DNA of 24,679 bases from Zygophlyctis sp. KS116 (lineage: Eukaryota; Fungi; Chytridiomycota), in NCBI GenBank assembly GCA_054661495.1, contig BAAFSQ010000144.1:1-24679 (forward strand), read 5' to 3'. Shown here piece after piece: positions 9,828 through 20,043 of this stretch (positions are counted from its first letter, which is position 1; each line of letters opens with the position of its first letter). Below the pieces are notes generated by a model. It saw only the letters and a program-made list of their open reading frames with translations. It did not search any database and was not told where the DNA came from. The position numbers were made by a program, and so were the translations under genes.

Positions 9828-10741
9828 ATGGAGTTTGTTCAAGCTGGAAAACACTCTCACTATCTCTTGTCTCTGGATCTGGAACCAGATTTACAGGTAA
9901 TTTGTATAAAAGCAGAGTCCGAGGTCCAAATCCAAAATCAATACTCAAAATCCTTTGTTTTCAAGGAAAATCAGTTGAAAATGTTCCCAAATTCAAATAA
10001 TTTCTTGACCATTTGGGGGAGCTCAAGGAATAAAAGTGTAGAGTTGGAATTATCATTTGCAACTTTTCCATTTTATATACCACACTCTACTGAGAAGGAA
10101 TATTTAAACAAGTTACAATTCACAGCATCTAAAATGTCTCTTGTAAAGGAATTTATTCAATCATTATTCAAGGAAAAGTCGGATTCTTATTCTTGGATCT
10201 CTCTTATTGATGGAAATTCACTCTCTGTAATTTTTAATAATGATATAGTTCAAGTCGGCGCAGATGATCCGGTTGTACTGTCTAAATTCTTAAAAAAACT
10301 ACTCGATTGGGCTCAAGTTCCTATAATAGTCTCTAGCTTAAATTTAGATCAAGAGTCTTTTAGGAATTCTTCAAGGTTTTGGATTCAAGAGCTGATACAT
10401 GCACGTATTTTTCATTTTATTTGTAATTTATAGAAAATAGTGATCCCATACAGCAGGAATTATTGGAAATTTCAAGAGATGAGAATGACAATATTGATTA
10501 TTTTGATGAGGAATTTTTGGATTATTTGAAAAAGAGTGATAATGGACAAGTTTCGGCTTTTTCTAAAGAGTTTATCGGATTCAAAATTCTCGAATTGATT
10601 CAAGAATATCAAACAAGTAAAGGTGTACTGCAAACAGATATCGAAAAAAATGTTGGATTAGTAAAGCAAGTACTCAAAAACCCAGATATTGAATTAATTG
10701 ATTCAATTGTATTTAATACTATTGTTTTTTCAAACTCTTAA
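9828..10741 (+). CDS. Hypothetical protein; intron 10405-10433
   Basis: Long ORF from ATG 9828; a 29-nt phase-1 GT-AG intron joins it in frame to ORF 10463-10741. No family recognised. Confidence 0.65.
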
Positions 10742-12340
10742 AGTAGTCTAAAAGACTAGATACTTCTTGTTGATTTTTTGATACTTTTTGTGAATGGGCC
10801 TGTATAGCTTCTTCTGTTACGTGGAGTATCCTTTTTGCTGGATCTTGAATTTGACTTTTAAATTCAGAATCGAATTTTGACTATAATTAGAAACTTGAAA
10901 TACCTCTACACTCTTTGATAAACGCTTATGGGATATTCCAAGTTTTGCAATAAACATGTCTTGATAAGATCCCCATCTTTGACGAAGCCAAACAAGAATT
11001 AGACCAGCAGCCACTGCAGAACTAGAAAGTAACAAGGTGGAAGCTTCAATATGGTACAACCAAAGAGCAAGTCCTGCCCAGCTCATCTAAAATTTAAATT
11101 TAACAGATAATTACTTGAACTCCTAGAGCATATCTAGCAATTAAGTCTCCCTGCTCTTGTAATTCCAAAGTTTCAATCGGTTGAACAAAAGAAACAACCT
11201 GATCACGCAATAGAAAAGGATCAACTGAACCTTTAGAAACTATATTAATTAGTTGAGTAATTCTAGATATATCAGATTCTAAATCTGGAAATCTAGAACC
11301 AAGGTTAGCCAGTTCTTTTTTTAAATTTTCCAACATATCTATTCTTCCTTGTTCCAATCTCCCCATTGAAAATGCCATCTATAATTACTTTAGATACCCC
11401 ATTCTTACTTGTAATTCTCCATTCATCAATGTATAATCTTTTAATAAAATTTGAATATCTTGAGCCAAGTAATCAGATTTAAGCATTAACATCCAAAATG
11501 AATAAGTCTTGAAAAAATTATTCAATCCCAATACTAATTCTGACAAGTCTTGTTCCAAAACCTTTAAATCAAATTGTTTAAAATTAGAGTAAATTTGATC
11601 TTGTTTTAATTGTAATTGTGATTCCAAATTCTTTAAACCTTTAAAAATACTTGAAAGATTATTTTGTGCAATTTCCAAATCCTTTTTTCTATTAGAAAGA
11701 ATTTTAATCGCAGAAAACACTTGTGCATCCATTATAGAATCTTTACTTGCTAATTCCTTAAATTTCTGATCCAAAACATTCAAGTTTTCTTGCCCAACCT
11801 TTATTAAAATCTTTTCAACCTTTTCTGTCCCTAATATTTTTTCTAAATCCTTTTCAACTTGAGATTTATCATCATCTGGTAGTACATTTACCAGTAAATC
11901 AATATTTGGTTTCCCAGCATAATCATTTAAAAAATTCTTTTCTGAAGCAGATAATAGATTTGAAGAATCAGTTACTAGTATAACCCAACTAGAATCCTGC
12001 ACTAGAGAGTTAATTTTCTCTGGATCCTGTTCAGAGAATCCTAAAATTAATAAAATCAAATACTTGGAACATGAGCAACATTTCCAGATTTTAGAATTTC
12101 TACCGGCAACTTGAAATTATTCATGTCTACTACTTCTTTTCCAAAACTTATTTCCTGAATTTGTAAATCACTTGGAAAAGAATAATTAAACCAATTTGTC
12201 ATCAATTTACTTGAATTTCTCCCATTTCCAACGACTATTATTTTAGATTAGAATAGATAATTACCCAATACTTTAAAGTCTGGAATAGATATATTTAGCT
12301 TTTTTAGATTGGCAGAGAGAGTAGAATATAGTTTTTTCAT
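10719..12340 (-). CDS. Mmc1-like (degenerate dynamin/Fzo-like) putative mitochondrial membrane protein; introns 12235-12264, 12041-12063, 11379-11408, 11087-11114, 10881-10903
   Basis: Five 23-30 nt introns give one frame from MKKLYST. FWMLMLKSDYL...ELQMAFSMGRLEQG and the hydrophobic hairpin followed by LVWLRQRW resemble the fungal Mmc1 C-terminal region. Gene structure is firmer than the name. Confidence 0.55.
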
Positions 12341-12508
12341 TGCAGTTCCTAACCGATATTGTTTCGGACTCTCTGACTTGATATCCCATCTGACCGTTCC
12401 TATTAGATCTTTGCATATGTGCTATGAGATCTATAGATGGATTAGATCTGATACAATCTAGAGTTAAATGTACAAATACTTGTTCTAAAAAACTCAAAAT
12501 TACTTGAA

Positions 12509-12977
12509 CTACATTTTAATATTAAAAGTAACAGAATTTCCAGGTAATACATCTGCAGTTACAGTTGCATTCATGCCCATATTTTCCAAGGCTCCTTTAA
12601 TCAATCCACACGTAAATAATAGAAACCGACTCTGTTTTTCTAAAGTAGTAGCAATATGCCTACTAGAAAACTTTGAAATTGAAGTAAAATTATAATCATA
12701 GAGTACAAATGTTCCCTTTAATTCAATAAAAGTGTCTTACACGATGATTTGTCTTGAGATTATCCATTTGCTTATTATATACAAACATCCAAAAATCCTT
12801 ACATATAATCTTGATCATGTCTAGAGGCTCAGAAACTCTTGGTTTATCTTTTAATACTTTTTCAATAATAGTCTTTCCAGTATGATTTCCTACAGACTCT
12901 AGCGTAGATGGGAAAGACTGGGAGTATTGGAATAATTCAATCAGGAATATATCATACAAGTCTCTGGATATTTCCAT
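12509..12977 (-). CDS. TRS33: TRAPP complex subunit Trs33/TRAPPC6; intron 12716-12740
   Basis: LESVG..TG, LDMIKIICKDFW, KQMDNLKTNHR|GTFVLYD, FTCGLIKGALENMG; stop TAG 12511-12509. Confidence 0.92.
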
Positions 12978-13047
12978 TTAAAATTCAAAATTGAGCTGTA
13001 GCGGTAGTGTTTAGTCAAGTTTACGGTTATAAGTTATACAAGAGGAA

Positions 13048-14969
13048 ATGGACTGCTCAACTTCTTCTGTCAAACAGCTAAATGTACTCTTGAATAGACC
13101 TGCTCCAAGATCTAGCCATCACTGGGAAGAGGAATTTGTAGAATCGCAGGTGCCACAATTTCAGGATTCTAGTCTGCAACTTGAAAATGTAAATTTACAA
13201 TTGGCGGTTGCTAAACATGAGCAGATGGTTAATTGGAATCAGGAATTTCAGTTTTATCAAAGGCCGGTGCAGGGGAATGAATGGACAAGAGAATTTAAAA
13301 ATCATAAAGATAATAATAATGATAATTGGAGCTCAGAATTTAAAAATGTTTCTAGTTTAGATTGGGAAAATGAATTTACAAAAGTATTGTCAATTTCTGA
13401 TTCTAACCAAACATGTAATCAGACGATGCCACAAGGTCAAGTGGCTCAGACGGCTTCTTCAATTGTAGATGCTTTATCAAGTCATGAAAAATTAAAGAAT
13501 TCTAATTTTATGGATTTTATGGTGAAATTACAAAATTCAGATTTGGTTATTGAAAAAAATAAGGTGCTAGTTCCTATAGAACCGTTTAAAGAAACTCAGA
13601 GTCTTTTAAAAAATGGGAAATTAAAACAAGTTTCTTGGGAAGAGGAATTTAGTGGATCTAGTTTTGAAAGGCAAGGTCAGAGTAATAATACAAATCATGT
13701 TTGGAGTAAAGAGTTTAATAGAAATTATAGTCAATCTTGGAAAAATGAATTTTTAAACTCTAATAGTCAAGATGGGATTTATCAAATGGATCATCAGTCT
13801 AATCAAGATTTAAATCAGGAATTTTGGGATTTTAATGGAAAGACTCATGGTGATTGGGTTAAAGAATTTGATAAAGAAATTCAATATTTACAAAATAGGG
13901 GGATTTCGGATCCTTTAATGGAGCAAATGGATCAATTACAAGGTCAAAATTTAAATTTACAAAACAATTCTATGGAATATTACGCATTTAGTCCGTTTAA
14001 TCCTTATTTAAAACAAAAACCAAAAGAATTATTGGAGTTTTTGGAAACTGCAGTTGTAAATCAACTTTCTTCAGAAAGAATTTTAAGACTGGAAGCTTTA
14101 CTACAGCAAGCTCCTGGTAATACTAGTCCCGCTTTATGGCATCAATTGGGTTTGGCTCAACAAGAAAATGAAAATGACTTGAATGCAATTGCAGCATTTA
14201 AAAATGCACTGTCTTTGAATCCAACACAATTAGAGAGTTGGCTTTTACTCTCTGCTTCGTATACAAATGAAAGTTTTATGACTGAAGCTTGTGGGGCTTT
14301 GGAGTCTTGGTTTGCTAATAATTCAGAGTATTCTTTTCCAGCTGCAAGTACAGCTATTCATTCTTTAGAAGATAGACAAAACTTGCTTTTAAGCAAATAT
14401 TTAAACGTTGTGAGATCTGCTAAAATAATTGATGCTGACATTCAGGTAAATAGAGTAACTGATTGTAGATTGGAATGGGAGTACTATTAACAATGAAAAA
14501 TGAATATCAAAAGGCGATTGATTGCTTTAATGCTGCACTTTCTCTAAGACCTAATGTATTCTAGAACTTATAATTATAGGATTATATACTATGGAATAAG
14601 CTGGGAGCTACTTTAGCAAATTCCAATGATTCCGAGGGAGCGATACGAGCGTATATTCGTGCACTTGAAATTAATCCCACTTATATTAGGGCAAGATGTA
14701 ATCTAGCTATTGCATGTATACAATTATCTCAATATAAAGAAGCTGCAGAACATCTTATAACATCTCTATCTATTCAATCTGAATACAATGCTAAAAATTC
14801 AAATAATCATCCTACTGCTGGAGTTCAGTCAGCAACTGTTTGGGGAACACTAAAAATGGTTGTTGATGGTTATTGTAGGCTTTTATTAATTTTAATAATA
14901 GTGAATCGACCTGATTTAAAAGATGCATGTGAAAGAAGGGATATACAAGCGTTAAAACGAATCTTTTAA
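13048..14969 (+). CDS. PEX5: Peroxisomal targeting signal receptor Pex5; introns 14446-14468, 14556-14579, 14875-14901
   Basis: N-terminal Cys (MDCS), nine WxxxF motifs, TPRs ([49 protein letters not shown]). Confidence 0.93.
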
Positions 14970-15271
14970 CTTATTGATATTGCCCAGTTATCATAAACTA
15001 TTCAGATTATAATTATTAGAACCAATTTACACAATAAGAGTTTCAGATTGAATTATTCAAAAACAATATTAGTCTCATGAACTTATCTTTTAAGTTTCTG
15101 ATTACATTATTTCAGAATACATTTCCATACAATCAACAGAATGAAGAGCCCTGTAAATGACTACATCAATTGTATCAGTATTTATGTAAGCATTCTTCCC
15201 CTGCTACAAATATTGTTAACCATAAGTCGGTTCGAATATATCTTGAATGGGAGCGGAAACGCTGGTTCAGT

Positions 15272-16303
15272 GTTCAAGAATGCAAACCATACCATAATAT
15301 AACGATTTGTACGGATTCACAAGCAGCGATCGACGGAATCCATGCCTTTGAGAAAGATCTTAGTACAAGGCACAAATCCAAATACAAGAATAACCACATA
15401 CTAAATGAAATTTTGACGAACTTTAACAAATTTAATACACGCCCAAAACTGATTAAAGTCAAAGGACATAGTAACATTGAGAAAAACGATGAAGTAGATG
15501 AACTAGCTAAAAAAGCAGCACAATCCGTTATGGAATTCTATCAAATAGCTAACACAAATAACCAAACATACATGTATCAGAACAGAGAAATCATCAACCA
15601 ATGTCCGAATCAATATTTCAAAAGTAAGAATCAACAGAATTACGAAAAGATAACAACAGACTACTTCAAGAAGATATATACAAACATTAATATTATTGAT
15701 ATCAAGAACACGCTCAAAATCATATATAAAGGGATGGATATCGAGAACTCACTTGATGCTTCCTGTGTCAAAGAACAATCTTTTAGACTTCAATTGATAA
15801 CTCGTAAATTGCCTGTACTAGTCACAATAGAAAAATGGAACAATAAGAACTTTGAATACACTGATAACAATTTATGTCCACGATGTAATACTCATATGGA
15901 AACCATAGATCACTTATTTAGTTGCATTCAAAATAAGAAGATTAAGAGTAAATTGTATAATGAGACCATCAAAGAGATGAGGTCCAGACTAGATAAACTT
16001 GAAATGTATAAATCACTGAAAGAACAAGATAACCGCCCCAAATTTAAACAATTAATGTATCTTTTAGGAATCAAAGGGAATTTAATGACGTTTCTATCCT
16101 CATACGAAGCAAAAGGTCTTATCACAACAGAACTTAAAGAGAGATTTAAAAAGGCAAAAAAAACCCATTCACAAACAACTTTATGGATTCACTTTACAAT
16201 GGATTGTTGGTTAAGTACGGTATACAAACAAATTTGGAAAGAACGATGCATTGCACTAAAAAAGAAAGACTTTCGAAAACGCAAAAGATCAAAAATCCTT
16301 TAG
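15272..16303 (+). pseudogene. Truncated retrotransposon ORF2 C-terminus: partial RNase H + CCHC zinc-binding region
   Basis: ICTDSQAAI, KVKGHS..EKNDEVDELAK (RNase H second half), CPRC...ETIDHLFSC, QIWKERC. The RT domain and the first two RNase H catalytic residues are missing. Confidence 0.88.
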
Positions 16304-16704
16304 ATGTTGTACCCCCAAGTAGGATCAAAAGACTTAGATTGATATTAAGAGATCCAGAAGAAACATCTACATCTCATATACATATTAAGAAAATCAAATT
16401 GATACTGAAACAACCAAAGAAAAGGGCCAAGGAAATAAGAGATAATCACCGGCCAAAAAAGAAACAAAAAAATAATAATCATGCAAAACAGTCAACAACA
16501 GCGAATAACACAATAACCAATGAAAATACACCACAGACTACAGTTCACCCAAAAAAGATTATACTCCGTATCAAATTTAAAGAAAAGGAGGTTCTACATC
16601 CTGATGAGGGGGATGGAGAAGAAGGGGATAGAGAGGGTCCATTGAGGACAGGCTGCTCTTTTGGAGGTCCAGTGTATGTGCTGGAGGATGGAAGCTACAA
16701 TTAG
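16183..16704 (+). CDS. Basic low-complexity ORF in the -1 frame at the 3' end of the retrotransposon (probable C-terminal tail of ORF2)
   Basis: 173-codon open frame overlapping the end of the RNase H ORF; Lys-rich with repeated IKRLRLILR / IKKIKLILK / KKIILRIK and an acidic end. Confidence 0.5.
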   Translation: MDSLYNGLLVKYGIQTNLERTMHCTKKERLSKTQKIKNPLDVVPPSRIKRLRLILRDPEETSTSHIHIKKIKLILKQPKKRAKEIRDNHRPKKKQKNNNHAKQSTTANNTITNENTPQTTVHPKKIILRIKFKEKEVLHPDEGDGEEGDREGPLRTGCSFGGPVYVLEDGSYN

Positions 16705-17133
16705 AGGACCTCGTATGAGGCACCTCGGCAATGTATTGGTGGTCAATTTCAGAACTGCCCAAAGTCATTAATCAGAGATATTGTATCGTAAAAGATATGA
16801 TCATTGCAATCAGAAAATCACATCATTATTATGATGGATCTTGGATATAAAGAAATATTAAAATGGATCAAAGACCCTAAATATGTGTCATTGTACTCAT
16901 ATAGGGAATACTGGACATTATGTTTTAGTATAGATTTTCGGATAGTGTAGCTGCCTTCCAAATAAATAAAAAAAAAAACGCTGGTTCAGTCAGTGAGAAT
17001 GGATCATTCCTTTATCTGGATATTATGTTGATTCAACTCAAAGAACTTCAAAAGTCTGACGAAAAATGTATTAATAACTTGTTTATAGAAATTACGGCTG
17101 GCAACATGGCGCATCTTGATCACATTTTACCAA

Positions 17134-17694
17134 ATGAATCTTCAACATGAATTGAATGCACTCAGAGTATTTCTATCTACTGCACCCACACTTTTTGATC
17201 GGGATCAGAATATTGAAATCAAGTCATATCGGCTACCTAACGGAGAGAATATTTCCTGTATTCTATACAATTCAATCTTCTACATCACAAGTACTGATAT
17301 TGTAAAGATTACAAACTTTCGACATCAACTGATTGGAAGGCCAATCCATTCTTCATATGTCAGGAAGTTTGAGGAAGGGATATTTTCTGATCTGCGAAGG
17401 CTGAAGCAGGACATTGATTGGTCTTTTGAAGAATCAAATTCTGAATTGTTGGATTTTCTTGTATCTAAAAAAGCTGCAAAGAAGGCCAAAAAACAGAAGA
17501 TTTATCATTGGTGGTCGATTCCACATGATGAATTATTTGCTTCAAGTGTCTTCAGAACAGTCAAGAGAGAAGCTCCTTCTCACTATGATGACAAGGAAAT
17601 TGCAGATATGATGCGAAATAGTGAGGAGTTAAGATTAATCAGAGCTCAAGGTTCTATTTACTTGCATGAATATGCGACAATAATGGGATCTTGA
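17134..17694 (+). CDS. STE12-like transcription factor, STE DNA-binding domain only, intronless
   Basis: LRVFLSTAP, LPNGENISCILYN, ITSTDIV, KFEEGIFSDLRRLK, KKQKIYHWWSIPHDELF match the STE domain; first ATG at 17134. Confidence 0.88.
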   Translation: MNLQHELNALRVFLSTAPTLFDRDQNIEIKSYRLPNGENISCILYNSIFYITSTDIVKITNFRHQLIGRPIHSSYVRKFEEGIFSDLRRLKQDIDWSFEESNSELLDFLVSKKAAKKAKKQKIYHWWSIPHDELFASSVFRTVKREAPSHYDDKEIADMMRNSEELRLIRAQGSIYLHEYATIMGS

Positions 17695-17795
17695 ATTGTA
17701 AATATATGTCAGAAAACATGTCTATTTTTCTTCAATCTATTTGAGTACAAGCTTCAATTTAAAGACCAGTAGCTACCCGAATTACAAGAAAAATC

Positions 17796-18758
17796 CTAAG
17801 AAAATTGCAGAACTAATGCTGCACTTGGTACAAGATTCAATTCCTTGAGCGTCTTCTCTTTTTCTGGTCCATCCAATACTTTTCTAGGAAAAGTAGTCAT
17901 GAGTTTAAAATTGACTGATATTGATCGTGCCTCAATTATAAAATCATATACTGCAGACATTTTAGTTGATACATCAAATGTTTGAGTTAAAGGAGGTCCA
18001 TCTGGTAATCTAATTTGGATTCTTGTCTCTTTATATCCACTTGTAGAAATAACAGGAGCAACTGGCTTACTACTTTGAGAAGACTGTAGTTCTACAGTTG
18101 AGCTACCCATTTTTCTTTCTTCAGCCTTTGATTAGAATTTAAAGGTATACTTACCTGCCTTTGCCGTTCTAATTTATCTGCTTCCAATAATGCCTTTATC
18201 CTTTCCTTTGCAGCCTTATCTTCTGCTTTTTCTCTTGCCCGTTCTTTCATAGCTTTTTCATGTTCCTGCATCTGAAGCTTTTCCTTAATTTCTGACATTT
18301 CTTTTCCAGTCTTTCTACGAACTTTTTCCTTTGTCTTTGCCTCTTCCTTTTCTTTAAGTTCTCTTTCCGCTCTCTTAACTTTAAGCAGTTCTTGAAGCTC
18401 TTTTAACTTTTGAGCCTTTTCTTCTGCAGTAAGTGGTTTAATCGCAGTCGTAGATTCAGAGAAATTGACATGTTGCGTTTTATACGCATGAGTTTCAGCA
18501 GCAGCAGCATTTCTAAAAAACTTGTTACAATCATCACATTTTAGAGACTGAGCAGTAACTTGATCAGCATTAATTTCTCCATCGCCGTCCTGGGTTTGTC
18601 CGGTAGATTCCTCTTGTGGGTTAACTAACCAGTCCATGGCTGCCTGCAGACCAGAATTCTTTGTTGCCTTTAGAGCGGCATCACTATCGTAAACTAGACT
18701 AAAATTACACCTTATCGGCCTCAAATCCCATGTCTATCAACTTTTCTCTGTCACTCAT
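17796..18758 (-). CDS. UBA + C2H2 + UBX domain protein (UBXN1/SAKS1-like Cdc48 adaptor); introns 18684-18708, 18126-18154
   Basis: LIDMGF...ALKATKNSGLQAAMDWL (UBA), CDDC..FRN....HAYKTQH (C2H2), coiled coil, TRIQIRLPDG...TTFPRK...LKELNLVPSAAL (UBX). Confidence 0.9.
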
Positions 18759-18772
18759 TTTAAAATATTTTT

Positions 18773-20000
18773 TTAAACAATGCGAGTTCTTATAGAATTG
18801 GATAAAATCGCCAATTGCGATACAATCTCTGCAGTCACATTCTCTGCATTAATATCTGCAATCAAGTATCCAATAGATCCATTAGTATCCAAGACTTGTC
18901 GTCCAACATTAAAGGCAGAGAGAATATAATCAATTTCTTTAAGGACTCCACGAACATTACGATGAACATTCACAATCTAAATTTTAAAATACAAAGAGTA
19001 CTCGACGAGTTCCAGGCTTTAAAGGCCATGCTGAAATGCTAGGATAATTTACTGCACCAACACTACTTCCTGTATTTATATACTGGACAATAGATTTAGT
19101 AACTTCTTGAACAATTCTAGCAGAACATTCCATTGTAGTAGTTGCTATTTCATCAGATAAAATCACATTTGATAAATCTTTTAATGGATAAATTTCAGTA
19201 TAATTATCAGGAAATACATCTATAGCAGCTCCAGATAAATGACCAGATTTTATACTAGCAGATAAAGCTTCCATATCAATAGCATTTCCATAAGACGTAT
19301 TAATTATATACGAACCTGGCTTCATTTTTTCAAATTCAGATTTAGAAAATAACTGATTATTTTCAGGAACAGAAGACACATTAATTGATACAAAGTCAGA
19401 TTGTTCCAGTAAAGCAGATAACGTACTCATTGGTTCTGCACGTCCAATTGGCATAATTGACTGATTGTCATAAAATATTACTCGTAAAGAGAGCGCTTCT
19501 GCCAATACTCCTAATTGAGATCCTACATTTCCATAGCCGACAATTCCAAGAGTTTTATTTCTTACTTCATGACATCCTTTAGAGATCTTTGTCCATTCTC
19601 CATTATGAATTTGTCGAGATTGATCGGGAACCTTTCTGGCAAGCAGTATGATAGAAGCTATAATAAATTCTGCAACAGAGTGCTGATGCTGATATGGAGC
19701 AGTAAATACAGGGATCCCCATGCTTTGTGCAGCGTCAACGTCAATCGATGATGCATCTCGACCAAACACACCAATAGCTAGTAATCTGTTTGCTGATCGC
19801 AATACTTCATCACTGATTATACGATCCTTTAAGCAGATTATATGATATTCTGATATTTTGTTTGCCAATTGTCCTTCAGTTAAAGCTTCCAAACACTCAG
19901 ACACTTGGAAATGGGCGAGTTCAAAGGCAGTCATCGATGACTCTGGGAGTGGATCTAAAACTAATACTTTAACATCGAAACCAGACTTTGGAGTTGCCAT
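18773..20000 (-). CDS. D-3-phosphoglycerate dehydrogenase (Ser3/SerA)-like protein with ACT domain; catalytic residues substituted; intron 18977-19001
   Basis: GIPVFTAP..SVAE, EVRNKTLGIVGYGNVGSQL..LAEAL, GAAIDVFP, GAVNYP, ACT motif HRNVRGVL; ATG at 20000. Confidence 0.88.
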
Positions 20001-20043
20001 ATTATTTTTAACTAAAATCACCGCCCTACAACAAAATGTTAAT

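Larger units (their letters stand above)
15257..16990 (+). mobile_element. 5'-truncated non-LTR retrotransposon (LINE) copy, body 15272-16975, with poly-A tail and 15-bp target-site duplication
   Basis: AAACGCTGGTTCAGT at 15257-15271 and 16976-16990; AATAAA at 16961 followed by an 11-A run; A-rich coding strand; RNase H and Zn-knuckle ORF remnant. Confidence 0.93.

Noticed and set aside
12273-12497. 74-aa minus-strand ORF and short palindromes (AGATCT, ATCTATAGAT) between TRS33 and the Mmc1-like gene
   Set aside because: Non-ATG start, out of frame with the neighbouring gene, no motifs; short palindromes are expected in AT-rich DNA.
15170-15271. Host-derived N-terminus of the 377-aa ORF as part of the element protein
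   Set aside because: It lies outside the element (upstream of and including the left TSD) and starts at TTG; it is chance in-frame read-in from flanking DNA.
16601-16630. CTGATGA hammerhead-ribozyme core in the retrotransposon 3' region
   Set aside because: No stem II or GAAA follows; it is simply codons P-D-E of the tail ORF.
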